Part shown: piece after piece, positions 23,870-36,700 of the stretch
Position numbering within the stretch: the stretch's first letter is position 1
Layout: each line of letters opens with the position of its first letter
Assembly: GCF_031769215.1 (NCBI RefSeq)
Contig: NW_026782260.1
Coordinates: forward strand, 2,666,001 to 2,730,000
Reading direction: 5' to 3'
Source: Ylistrum balloti
Taxonomy: Eukaryota
Length of the DNA stretch: 64,000 nt
Position numbers and translations under genes: made by a program
Notes under the pieces: model-generated
Told to the model about the DNA's origin: nothing
Databases searched by the model: none
What the model saw: only the letters and a program-made list of their open reading frames with translations

Positions 23870-24790
23870 TGTAGATGTCCCCACAACTCATGTATGTCAC
23901 GACCTATGGACATCCCAACATATCAATATTTATGTCACACCATGTGGACGTCACTGCATCTCAGTATATATGTCGTGCCTTGTGGGTGTTATGACATACC
24001 ATTAATATATGTCACACCATATGGACTTCACGACATCTCAGTATATATGTCGTGCCTTGTGGGTGTTATGACATATCAGTATAGAATATATGTCACATCA
24101 TGTGGGCATCACGACATCTCAATAGATATGTCGTGCCTTGTAGGTGTTATGACATACCAGTAATATATGTCACACCATGTGGACATCACGACATCTCAGT
24201 ATATATGTTGTGCCTTGTGGGTGTTATGACATATCGTATAGTATATATGTCATGCCCTGTGGATGTCCTGACATCTCATACTAAATGTCATCACCTGTGG
24301 ATGTTCTGACATCTCATACTAAATGTCATCACCTGTGGACGTCCTGACATAATTGTATATATGTCACACCCTATGGTTGTCGTGATATCTCGGTATAGTT
24401 GTCATGACCTGTGGACATCTTGGCATCTCATAACAAATAACATGGCCTGTGGACGTCCTGACATCTCATACTAAATGTCATCACCTGTGGACGTCCTGAC
24501 ATAATTGTATATATGTCACACCCTATGGTTGTCGTGATATCTCGGTATAGTTGTCATGACCTGTGGACATCTTGGCATCTCATAACAAATGTCATGGCCT
24601 GTATATTTGTCATGCCCTTTGGACGTCCTGACATATTTGTATATATGTCATACTCTGTGCATTTAGACGTCCTGACATTTTAGTGGATGTCGCGCCAATG
24701 GATGTCCTGACATCTCAGTGTATGTCACACCATGTAGATGTCCTTCTATCTTAGTATGACACATCCTTGTGATGATGTCGCACCTAAATG
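23870..24790. repeat. Old, diverged tandem repeat
   Basis: Recurrent GTGGACRTCCTGACATCTC...TATATGTCA motifs. Confidence 0.75.
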
Positions 24791-24941
24791 TTATTGTCAT
24801 GGCACTTGTGTGGATGTCATATGCTGACAGTCCTGTGAATGTCTTGTTTACATTCAGCTTTTCAATACAAGTGTGCCATTGGTTGTCTGACTTTTGATAT
24901 TTGTACTGTATAATTTCTGTTTATCTCAAACATGTAATACA

Positions 24942-24947
24942 AATAAA
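24942..24947 (+). terminator. Candidate distal poly(A) signal (possibly E75)
   Basis: AATAAA followed about 25 nt later by a GT/T-rich element (TGTGTAGTGTTTCTTTTG). A second AATAAA lies at 16441. Confidence 0.3.
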
Positions 24948-25049
24948 ACAAAACATGATCATTGATTCAATGTGTAGTGTTTCTTTTGATTTTAACTCTG
25001 CTGGATGAAGATCAGAGTAGTGTATGCCAATGCCAGTCATCTGTCTGAA

Positions 25050-26250
25050 CAATATTTCATTATTGCTACTCTTTCTAAAAGATTGGCTTCAAGGATTCTT
25101 CTTCTCCTGCTGGCCAAGATACATTAGAAACATATCACTGCCCATGTCTTTGGGTCCGTCACCTGAAAACAAACATATGCAAATGACTGTTGAGGGAAGA
25201 GGTAAACAGGTTGATTGGTTCAGCTGTTTCATGTTATGCTTGACTGGTGGTGCATGGAGAGGGAATATTAACAAGAATATCAACCTGTGTTGACCATACT
25301 TTACCAGAATAGTCATCTGTAACTCATGGCCAATGTATATGGATAGCAAAGTAAGCAGGCCAAGAGACCTGGTGCCTCGATGTTTCCAGGTACTCAACAA
25401 CTTGTTGCCACACAAATCAACTTGGACTGCAATATACCCAAATGGGATTGGACAGTCAAAATATATCCCTTAATTAGTCTCTAGCATGTTGATGTGCTCC
25501 ATGACTTTTCCTCCGAGCACTCCTCCAAAAAGGGGAGGTCAGGTCTCTAACACGACACAGAGGTGTCCATGTACAGTTGGAGTTAACCTATACATACGAA
25601 CCCCTAGACAGACATTGTTCCTGATGGTCACCCAATGAAAAGACTTTAACAGACTGGTCTTAAGGAAACATTGCTTCCCACTCCCTTGATGATGAGATCC
25701 AAATGACTAACAGAAACGGAGGTCTGATGTGAAGTCTCCCAGGGGGAAGAGCTGAGACATGATAGAATTTGAGGAAGCAGTGTGCCTGGGTTTGGGATCG
25801 ACTTATGACAGACAGTTATCTCCGTGACTTTCATCAACTCCTCCAAAGGTGGAAGGACAATGCCCTTAACGATATTGAAAGTTCTTAAGAACACACATTT
25901 CTGAGAAGAGGTCACCTTGGACCTCACTCTAGAGGGGATAACCCCTACTTTGAGCAAGTTTCAAGACCAGACGTGATATCTTCTAGAACGATTTAAATCA
26001 TCCATATACTCTGCCACACTGAAGCAATCGTGGCTCGTGGGGTTCCCATACGTAAGTGAGGATAATTAATATGCCTATTGAAAGCACCGAGATCGATCAC
26101 TTGTCGCCAGACCGCTGACTTCTGCCGAACCAGAAACATGGTGCAGTACCAGGCGGAAGTGCTCTTTTGAAAAATAATACTTCCTCCTTGATGGCTGAAA
26201 ATCTTTTCTTGATTCCTGGGAGGAAGAAAGGTTCGCTCTGGCGACAAAAG
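25050..26250 (-). mobile_element. Decayed DIRS-type (tyrosine-recombinase) retrotransposon fragment with RT and methyltransferase remnants
   Basis: FLVRQKSAVWRQVIDLGAFNRHINYPHLRMGTP resembles the DIRS RT motif FLVPK..WRPVIDL..LN....PHFKMETP. VTSSQKCVFL matches the downstream RT motif. INLFTSSLNSHL / TDPKTWAV resembles the DIRS MT-domain DLFAS.LN / PDP.AWAV. The fragments are broken by stops and frameshifts. Confidence 0.7.
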
Positions 26251-28745
26251 CAGGATGCCTAGAATTTTAAAATGACAAAAAAATATATATATTCAAGACA
26301 AATTCCTATTCTCCTGTAATATATTCTTACAATTCAATTTGACTATAATAGACAATTTATCTGTTGTCTAACGGCTAATATGAACGAAACGATATCCTAA
26401 AGTGAAAATGAAGACGTTGGACAGACAAATTACCCTTGCAATTCTTGCACTGACCAGTGTAAATGACGGAGTGGCATACCCAACTTACCTTTGTAAAGTT
26501 TCAAGCTTTAATGAATGATATTGAGCAACACAAACATTTTACGCGTGCATTTCCGTTTCCGCTGGTATATGTATTATGAATGAATCAGCAAGGACCGGAA
26601 AGTTTAAATTTTAAAATGTGTATTTAAACCATCGAAATACCGTTAGGGATTTATAGACGCGATTAGGAGTAGGATTAAGGAGAACATTCTCTCGAGGAGC
26701 TTTGTTCATGTGACAACCCATTCATTTATTTAGCTCTGTCACGCGTATAGCTTGAAACATGAGGTCATTCTACACAGTTATAATTGAAACATGGCTAGCA
26801 AATTAAGTTTTGGGTAATTACATAATTACACATAGTAAGAAATCATATAAAAACGGCTATCCTTATAGCTTAAAAATCTCACTATACTTCAGCTTTTCCC
26901 GCAAAAATGTTGCTATGTAGTTGGAAATTTTGGACAGGAATACCTCTCGACAGGTTGGTTATATCCGTGGCATTGAATGTTAAGTAAAAAAGCATCATGC
27001 ATGCAAATGACCTTATAACCACATAGACGACTCCATGACAACCATATAAGAAATACACCAAAGGGAGTACGGTGGGAGTGTCTTTGCTTTAAACGTCACT
27101 ATGTCCAAATTTGACAATGTATTTGAATGAGTAATCTAAATATGCAAATTGGGTTTTCACGATACTCCCGATTGCAGCGTGATCAAGATCTACTTATTAT
27201 TACAATCAACACGGACAAGATCAATTAATTGATTGGAACATCGAGAAATTCACTTATTACCTTTTCACAATATTTGAAATTCTTTTACCATAGCAACAAT
27301 TATACATAATTCATAAAAAAAAAATATAAAGCACATACTTAAGGTGTCATTTCACAGTGTAATAAAGGTTATCTGTCCTAAGTTATGATATTTAAAGTAA
27401 ACTTACACACACTAATAACATGACGATAATTGAAATTTTGCGGTGTTAGAATAATTATTCATCAATGTAAATCTAAAACCTTCTGAAAATACTGGCCACA
27501 TGACTGTCATTTTTGGTTTTCTGTGTTTTGCATTTCTCACAAATACAAACAAGAGTGTATTCAATATGTAATCTAATATGATTTCAAAAATTTCACTTCG
27601 TGTTGTGCCACATAACGGTAGCACAGAGCACTTCGCCCTCGACTCCAAACGGTCTTAGATCGAATGCCCTGCCCCACCAAAAATATTCATTAATGTAGAC
27701 AATTCACAATTTTTAAGATGTATGTCACATATCATCCACAGTTTTGTTTTCAATTGTGTGTGTATTTTTTCATGTTTGTATTTTAAGGATTACGCAACTA
27801 AAAGATAGGTCGTATCTAAATTTAGATTCCGTTGAACAATGCCTCCTCTGTATGTTCATTTGATTTACAATGCATATCCATGTTGACAAGACAATAACTA
27901 TAACGAGAGTGTGAATAAATAACATCGGGAAATGGACGTTGTGAACGGTTAAGGAAATTACAAAATTCACAGGTTGGAAAAAAATATTTACTTAGTAATC
28001 ATAGATCGCCGCTCACAACTCATTCAAGTTACAAAGACTTTTAGCCATTTTGATAACTTGTTTTCAACCAGAGTGTGCTATATACGTCTCTATTTCAATC
28101 CCATGTTACACACGATGTAATATATCGGTGGCAGTTTTGGATCACCAAGTCATCAGTTATTGAAAATTCAGGGAAGAATGAAAAATATTTTAGACATTGT
28201 TAACTATGATTTCTGATTTCATTGAAGCCAGGAAATAATTTACTATGGATGAAAAGTTCTTTCTTATCGGTGAGTATTATAAAGTTATGTAATTGAAAAC
28301 CTTGTGTTGTGATACATACGTATGCATGCTAACTCATATCGTGCAACATATATTTTAACTGTTTGACAATTTTGCGCAAAATGCGCGGATGTAAAAGACA
28401 AATAAAATCCATTGCAATTATTTTGAGATTAAACTTTACAATGACGGGGAGTTGGGACAACTAATCCGTTGTTTATAATGTCTAATGTTTGATAATGAAT
28501 GTTGGAAAATGTGTAAATCCGGATATTCCGTTCCGTTCTTGTGACAGTTCCATGGTTTACTAACTCCGTAAATGGAGAAGATTCATTCGCGTGTTAAAGT
28601 TTCAATGGGAATGCAGTGGACTGTGCTAAACAATTATCAATTGAGTCATTGAAAACTTATATTCTATACAAATAAATATAAGGATAGCACTTGTGTCGTC
28701 CATATTTGTTTCGTTTCCAATTCTATTGCTCTTTTTTCTTCCAAA

Positions 28746-28753
28746 CCGGAAGT
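28746..28753 (+). promoter_or_regulatory. ETS-type motif CCGGAAGT in the probable CCDC14 promoter region
   Basis: Exact CCGGAAGT in a locally CpG-richer stretch, followed by strong donor-like sites at 28916 and 29001 that could end a non-coding first exon. Confidence 0.3.
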
Positions 28754-29699
28754 CGGATGGATGATCTAAAATGTGTTGTCTGTCCTGATGGCACGAATTT
28801 CAAAGAATGTGTGGTGTCTTTCTATATTATCTGCTGCAAGCAAAGTAATGTTCATGGGACAAAATTAATGAATTAACAACTGAAACATGTGTGATTTTTC
28901 CGAGTTATCTTAGTGGTAAGTGAAATAAACGAGCCCGAAAACAAAACAAATCCGAAGTTTAAATTTTGCCGACATGTCCGTACTCGATGTGAACTAGTCG
29001 GTATGTAAACAAACTGTAGTTCCTCTGAAGTATGAATTTGAACGTTTTAAAGCGTGTTTTGTAGTAATCTATAGCATCAGGCGAAGAGTTCTGAAAGTGA
29101 AACAGTTGCAATTCCTCGTCACTTGTCTACATCGTAATTATTGCACAGGAATCAAACATAATATCACCTGTCGCCAGTCTCTGTTCTAGACGCGTTCTAG
29201 ACATTACACGGATTACTGAAGTTATTTCAGAAGTAAAACATCTAAATGTCCGTTTCTCTCCCCTCGATGGACTGTGAAATGTATTAATAACTGAACTTAA
29301 TTAATGAAAAAAAGGGCCAATATGGCCCGATACATTTCAACCCCTTCCTTATCACTGATTATCATTCACTTGACTTCCAACGCTTCAACACCGTAGGACA
29401 AGAGATGTAATAAACGTATTCAAGATAATAAATAATTTATATGATTGTAGAGTAACAAAAAACTTATTTCCGAACCAGAGGTCACGATAAGAAATTTAAT
29501 TTGAAATAATGTTAGATGAACATTGGAAAAATAACTGTTTCACATAATGATCATTAACATGTATGTACTTTGTAGCTGTTAAACTGGAAGTTAAATTTGT
29601 TTTTATTATGCTTTTTAATGTACATGATATGGACATAGAGGCTGTGAAGCCTGCGTTCATTATTTATGCTATTAAATGCTATTAAATTAAGTCAGAATT

Positions 29700-29755
29700 T
29701 GAGTGTCAGACTAGTAAGCAAGGGGTCCTGGGTTCAAATCCTAGCAGAGGGATTG
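29700..29755 (+). mobile_element. tRNA-derived SINE fragment (B box and T arm only)
   Basis: GGTTCAAATCC B box at 29731-29741 within a CTGGG/CCTAG stem. No acceptor stem or D arm is recognisable. Confidence 0.35.
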
Positions 29756-30746
29756 AAATAAATAATGACATCTGTTACAGAAATATAAGCTAAGATATTT
29801 GGCATTAGCACCGTGGAACTTTGTAGAATGTAATATTCCTCAAGATCAAGCCTGGCCAAATCTACACTGAAGTATGGAAAAGAAAATTCCATCAAAAGTT
29901 TCAAAGAAGAATGTTCCTGTACAGAAACCGAAGGTATAAGTATATTCTGCTTATGTAAAATAATATAGTTTGATCATGGACAGTTTGTATTCTTCAGCAA
30001 GCTGAGATCAAAAATTTGTTTGAGCTGTTGTTGCCTCCATTGCCTCTTTTTAAATGTTGTTCTGTTACATTGCCACTAAAACTTCTTAAGGAAACCCCAT
30101 TTCAAAATAACCCTGGTATGACATTTGTGTAGTCAAACATGAATAATGCTAATGACTGAGATGTTGTATTAAAAACATATAATTGGCTATTGTGGAACCA
30201 GATAGGATTGTAACCAAGTCTTTTGTTCTAGTGTAGATGAATGTTTTTAAAAGTGTCATAAAATGAACAGGACAGTGATCTTTTGGACTCAGATGTTTGA
30301 ATCCTGGACTCCTGCTTTTCCTGTGGGACTCTGTTTAAGACCCCACTATGCATTATATCTCTTATTAGTAACAGGAATAATTATTGGTGTTCTTATGTAA
30401 GACCTGTCCTAAAAAGATCACCAAATGATATAAGAAGAAAAATAATTCTTCATTCAAAGATTTCACTCTGTATAGATGAAATTCAAGGTTTTGTACCACA
30501 TATGGAAACTGCTTTTTACTTAGTGAAGGTCCTTTTTTTTGGCAAAAATCATGGCACATAGGGTAAATATAACAGTCTTTCAAATCTAGATACATATATC
30601 CCACAACAAGAATGTATTACCATTAAAGGGTATGTTTATCATCTAGTTACCAGGTATGTTTTATCCTAGTAAAACATTGGAGACGGGTATTATGAATTAT
30701 AATGTTTGTATACATTTTTATTACTTTTCAGGTTTGTAGACCTAAG

Positions 30747-33700
30747 ATGGTTGGAGTTAAATCGAGAGTCAAGACAGCTCCTCTGAAGTAAGTATTAAGA
30801 TAAGATAAATTTATTTCTAGTTCAGGATTTATATATATGCAAGTCTATACATGACATTTCAACATAACTTAGCTCAAACTCAAATTTGATGAAACAAGTG
30901 CAAAACACAAGCAAAAGAAAGATTTTCAGTCATTGAAACCCCTAGAAATGTGCAAAGAGAAAAAGACCAGGCCCCACTTGTATAAAACATCTCAACTTGA
31001 GATTTCCTCAAGTCAAGATTTTCCTAAGCTGATATCTCCTCAAAAACGGCTTGTATAAAATTTTCTCAAGGAACAGGAAGAAGGCATCAGCTAGGATGTC
31101 CTGAAATTCCTTGCGGAATTTTCATACAAGATATTTTCAAGGAGATATTAGCTGAGGAAAATCTGGGCTTGAGGAAATCTGAAAATGAGATATTTTATAC
31201 AAGTGGGGCCAGGTGTATCAGAAGGGTAATCGTTTTCTGCAACCTTGACAACATCTGTAAATCTAAGTCAATCCAAGCAAAGAGTGACATGTTCTGAAAT
31301 TAGAATAACAACAAAACTACCTGTTATACGAACAAGCATGGAACATGTGACAACATATTGCACAAGGAAATAGAACATTTACCAGTGAGATCATTATGAC
31401 ATTGTAAAACTGTCTCATACCTGGTAATCTACAAATTACAAGGAGGTCTCTGTCAGTCTATGAAGAAATTTCAAAATGCTAGCCATGCTCCTGTTGGTTT
31501 TAAGTAATGTCTTACCTAATGTAAGTTATAATGAATTTGTAAATGATGTATTGAATAAAAGATTGATGCCACCCGCAGAATAATTTAAAATAACAATTTA
31601 TATCTCTTTAAGTTCTGTTAAACAAAATGATCAATTTCATTGTGCATTTTTCAGCACATTGTAGAAATGTCATGTTTCAGATTCTCTGATTTAGATAAAG
31701 CACTTCCTATCCTTAACCATTGTATATATAAATATATGAATATCAATTTCTCAAGATAAGGTAACCTTTTTGAAAGCAACAAATTGATTTCATTTCAGAC
31801 AAAAAACTGCAGTCACAATTACAAAGAAACAGGGAAAGAGTCGCCCAGCTCCAATTCCAGAGCCTGGTTTTGCCATGTATTCTACTGACTCTGAGGAAGT
31901 GTTTTCTTTCTGTAATGAAAAAAATACCTGTGCTAAAGTTCTAACCATGCTACGGAGGAATCACAGAGGTAAACAACTGTATATATATATGTCAGATTCT
32001 TCTCTAATCATCACAAGGTTGAAATCTAACAAGAATATTTGCAGATATAACTCACTAGCATCAATATGAATACTGAAGCGTGTCCCTTTATAGTTTATCA
32101 CTAATGTCTGAATTTTTACTCTCAGTCACTGAAGCGTGTCCCTTTATAGTTAATCACTAATGTCTGTGACTTTTTACTCCCAGTAAGTGAAGTGTGTCCC
32201 TTCATAGTTTATCACTTATGTCTGTGACTTTTACTCACAGTTACTGAAGCGTATCCCTTTATAGTTTATCAATAACTACTTTTTATGTCGTGTCCCTTTA
32301 TAGTTAATCACTAATGTCTGTGACTTTTTACTCCCAGTAAGTGAAGTGTGTCCCTTCATAGTTTATCACTTATGTCTGTGACTTTTACTCACAGTTACTG
32401 AAGCGTATCCCTTTATAGTTTATCAATAATGTCTGACTTTTTACTCTCAGTCACTGAAGCGTGTCCCTTTATAGTTAATCACTAATGTCTGTGACTTTTT
32501 ACTCCCAGTAAGTGAAGTGTGTCCCTTCATAGTTTATCACTTATGTCTGTGACTTTTACTCACAGTTACTGAAGCGTATCCCTTTATAGTTTATCAATAA
32601 TGTCTGACTTTTTACTCTCAGTAACTGAAGTGTGTCCCTTTATAATTTATCACTAATATCTGTGACCTTTAACCCTCAGTAACTGAAGCACATCCCTTTA
32701 GAGTTTATCACTAATATCTGACTTTTTACTCACAATTACAGAAGCGTGTCCCTTTATAATTTTTCACTAATATCTGTGACCTTTAACCCTCAGTAACTGA
32801 AGCATGTTCCTTTAAAGTTTATCACTAATGTCTGACTTTTTACTCACAGTTACTGAAGTGTGTCCCTTTATAGTTTATCACTAATATCTGTGACCTTTAA
32901 CCCGCAGTATCTGAAGTGTGTCCCTTTATAGTTTATCACTAATATCTGTGACCTTTAACCCGCAGTATCTGAAGCGTGTCCCTTTATAGTTTATCACTAA
33001 TGTCTGTAACTTTTTACCTTAGTAACTGAAGCGTGTCCCTTTATAGTTTATCACTAATGTCTGTGACTTTTTACTCTCAGTAACTGAAGTGTGTCCCTTT
33101 ATAGTTTATCACTAATGTCTGTAACTTTTTACCTTATTAACTGAAGTGTGTCCCTTCATAATTCATTACTTATATCTGTGACTTTCTATCCTTCACCTAT
33201 GTAGTTGACACTGATAACAGGAAACCACTTGGAAGCTGTACTGACCAACCCAGGAGACCAGGTGCTGCTAAAGACACTGTCAGATCAAAAGAAGACAACA
33301 CTGCATATCATCCTATTGTTATACCTTGTGCAACTAACGGTGTGATTTTACTTTTTCTTTTTCTTTATTTGATTTGAAGATTTATCAAATAACAAAGAAC
33401 TAATTACTTAATTTGTTTTCTTTTTTTATTTCATGTTATATTGATCTAAGTTTGTAATTTGCACATTGTGTAATTAAAGGATATACCTGACAAGATCGAT
33501 CTCTGACTATCAATCATTGTATTATAGTACAAACGTCATTAGATACCAGGTAGATGGTTCTTTATCAGGACACAAACATCAACAGATACAAGAACAAATT
33601 ACTTGGTTATTCATGTAGTAGACAAGTAATATTTGTGGGTAAATAGTTTAGTTCATGTTCATCTTTACTTCAGTGAAATTGTCCTCCATCATAATTCCAG

Positions 33701-36700
33701 CCATCTCAAAAGTACTGCAGGAATCTTGTCTGAAATAGGTTGTTTTACTGGGTTTATCACAGTTTCATTTTGTATTAACTTGTGTGTTTTTTGTATAATC
33801 TTCAAGATCGCAAGTGGTAGACACTACTGGTAGAGTAGGTCGACCATAACCATGTTTGAATTTAAACATGTATACTTGACGTTCTTCTTAAAGTATAAGA
33901 AAAATTAGGACATTTAGTGCATTATGGGGCCAGTACTCTTCCTCATCTAGATTTTACCAAATAATAACTTTCAGTTTTCAGGGCCAACTATTATGACCAC
34001 AGAAAGTTTTTGCTATAGGGTTACATCATTATCCTTCTGTTGGATGTGACTTTTATGATATATTAATATGATGTGTATGACATGTTTTAAATGTAGATGC
34101 TTAAGATATCACATTGAATCATTTATTATAAAATTATAACTTTGCAAATTTTGTAATTCTTTCACAGAAAAATATTTTCACATTTTCTTTGTACAGACTA
34201 CACTCCTGGTCATGTGACAGCCAAGTCTGTATTGGGAAATGGGAACACTCCCTTCAACGACCGACTAGCGTCATCCACTCCAGACCCTGACCGACCTCAG
34301 ATCATACCTGAGAGGGATACCAATTGTACCCCAAGGGTTCCCTTTGGAGACTACAATACAGGGGCCACTACAGTGGGTACTCATATGGAGTATCACGGAA
34401 CAGACTTTCAGTTGTTTGGTAACCATGGATACCAATCTGTAATGCCCACAAGTGGAACTGGTCAAAGTTTTGTGATAACCGGCATTGAACAAAATATGGC
34501 TGATGGTTTAGGCAAACGTGAAAGTGACATTGGAGCATTTGAGGCATACATAGCAAGGGAGTCTACAGGATTTTCGACTGTACCAACTAGTGGACAGTCA
34601 CCAGAGCGTGTCGGTGTACCACATGGGAACAATCAGTCAGGCAGCTCAGGTGATAAAAGTAGGTCATCATTTCTTCAAAGCTCTCAGACTACAGGTAACA
34701 GTAGTGGCACAGAATACATTTACTTACCCAGACCAGCAGGTACTTCAGGTATACTAGATCGCAATGTCCCACCAGGATTTCATTATCAAAATGGTCTATA
34801 CCAGATTCGACCTCATGGGCCCATGACAGCAGGGGCCCCAGGTGAAGAAAGACAGATACATGATGCTCAACTCATCCCTGTTTCTTCCACCAATTCAGAT
34901 CAGAACTGTTCAGATCATAGACCTCATGGCAATTTTATTTATGAGGTACCTGAAAGAGACATTGAACCAAAGAAATCTCCCAGACCAGGAGAAACATGCA
35001 GAGATGCTGCTCCAGACACCATATCAACAATTGATGGGTCTGTTGCAAACACATTTGAAGCTCTGACACCTCGTAGTACTATCACTGAGAGCACCAACCA
35101 ATTTCTCCCAGCAACTGAGCCAAATGGTTTCAAGTCAAAAGATTCAAAACCCAGTCTGACAGATAATGTCAAAAGTAAAAAGCAAAACTCGTCGAGTGAA
35201 TTCACTGAAAACAGAACTGGTTCATTTCAAACACAGTCTTCTCAGATTAGTGCAGAAAGTAATGCAGGATCGCATGGCATCTCTTCAACTGGGACATTAT
35301 ACCACCTAATTCACACAGATAAAGGCAAAGAGCTTGTGCCCGTGTCCTTGGTACCCTACCCAAGCTTCATACAAATTCCTGGTGGAGTACAACTTGATAA
35401 CAAAGGTCAAGGTCACAGAACAAATAGTCAGGGTCAAGTTCAATCGAATATTGAAAGTTGTGTTCCAGTGTCTGTACTGACAAATGAGGCTGATTTTGCC
35501 TCCCTTAAACATCAAAGCTTGAGCTCTGCTGTCAACAGTCAGGACAATCAGGCAAGTGTTCCTGGCCAGCCTAATCCCTGGAGTGGAGTGAGACTGGATG
35601 CTGGTATGAAGAGAGTCCGATACCTGCTGGGAGAGATGAAAGAATGTGGTAAAATTAACAGTATGTATAAATAATTACCTGGATATAATAGTTATTTATT
35701 TTGACTAAATGACTCTCTCCTGGTATGATTTTTGGCTCACCTGTGACTAAAAGTAAATCTGTATATTAGACTGACTACCTAAATAAATTTTGAGGAACCT
35801 GACCCCCAACCTGTTGGATTGAGTTATCTTTACTCAGTATATTAGAGACTTTTTAGGAAAAAACCCAAAACACACATTTTAGTGTGATATTGCTTTTAAT
35901 TTACCATGATAACAAAGTGGAAAAAGCAGGTCATACAAGTAAGTGTAATTCATTTTGAATTGCTGTGTCTTTTAATTTAAAATTGTTTTACTTCAAGCTG
36001 AATAATTGTGTTAGAGTATATAAATATGCAATTTACAGATAAAGTGTCTAGCTTTTAAATGTCATAATTAGATTCCTTGATGAATTAGGATTAAAATTGA
36101 TGTTTATAAATATTATCGTTGCAGAGGATGTTGAAATTGGTCGTCTGACAAGAGAAATAGAGAAGTCCCTAGATTCAATCCCTCAACTCAGCGCTACCTT
36201 CAGTCTTCAAGCTGAGATAGATTTAGCTCTTCAACCACTACGTAATGAGAATGCACAACTACGCAGGTACTTTACACAGTACATTTTATACAAGTCTCCT
36301 ACACATGGTCAAACCTATCTTACGGCCTTGCTTGGAAATATGGTGCCCTATAAAAGTTGATCTGTCTGTCTGTTTGTCAGCACTTTCATTTCTGGAGATT
36401 ATCTCTGCATACATGAACACCAAACTTAGTGACATTTCTCATGAGATACACTGTGAAAGGCAGATGTGCATGACAAGTTCTCAAGGTCAAGGTTATTGTC
36501 AGTAGTCTATAGGTTTTGCATTGTGTTCTTTCTGCTATCTTGTCCAGGCTTTTTCTCCTACATATCTTGTCACCAGAACTGCATACCTGGGGTAAGGGTT
36601 CACCTTAGTGAGCCTGTGTGGTGTGTAGCAAATATACTGACACTGACCTACATTTTGACCTGTATCAAAGAAAAATGTTTTCTAGAGTCTATCTCTATAC

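Noticed and set aside
29700-29755. Functional tRNA gene
   Set aside because: Only the B box and T arm are present and no cloverleaf can be built, so it is treated as a SINE remnant.
31893-31900. Non-canonical GA donor (GAG|GAAGT) in CCDC14
   Set aside because: The frame stays open to a canonical phase-1 donor at 31969 that matches the next exon, and the extra residues (CAKVLTMLRRN) resemble the recalled CCDC14 segment.
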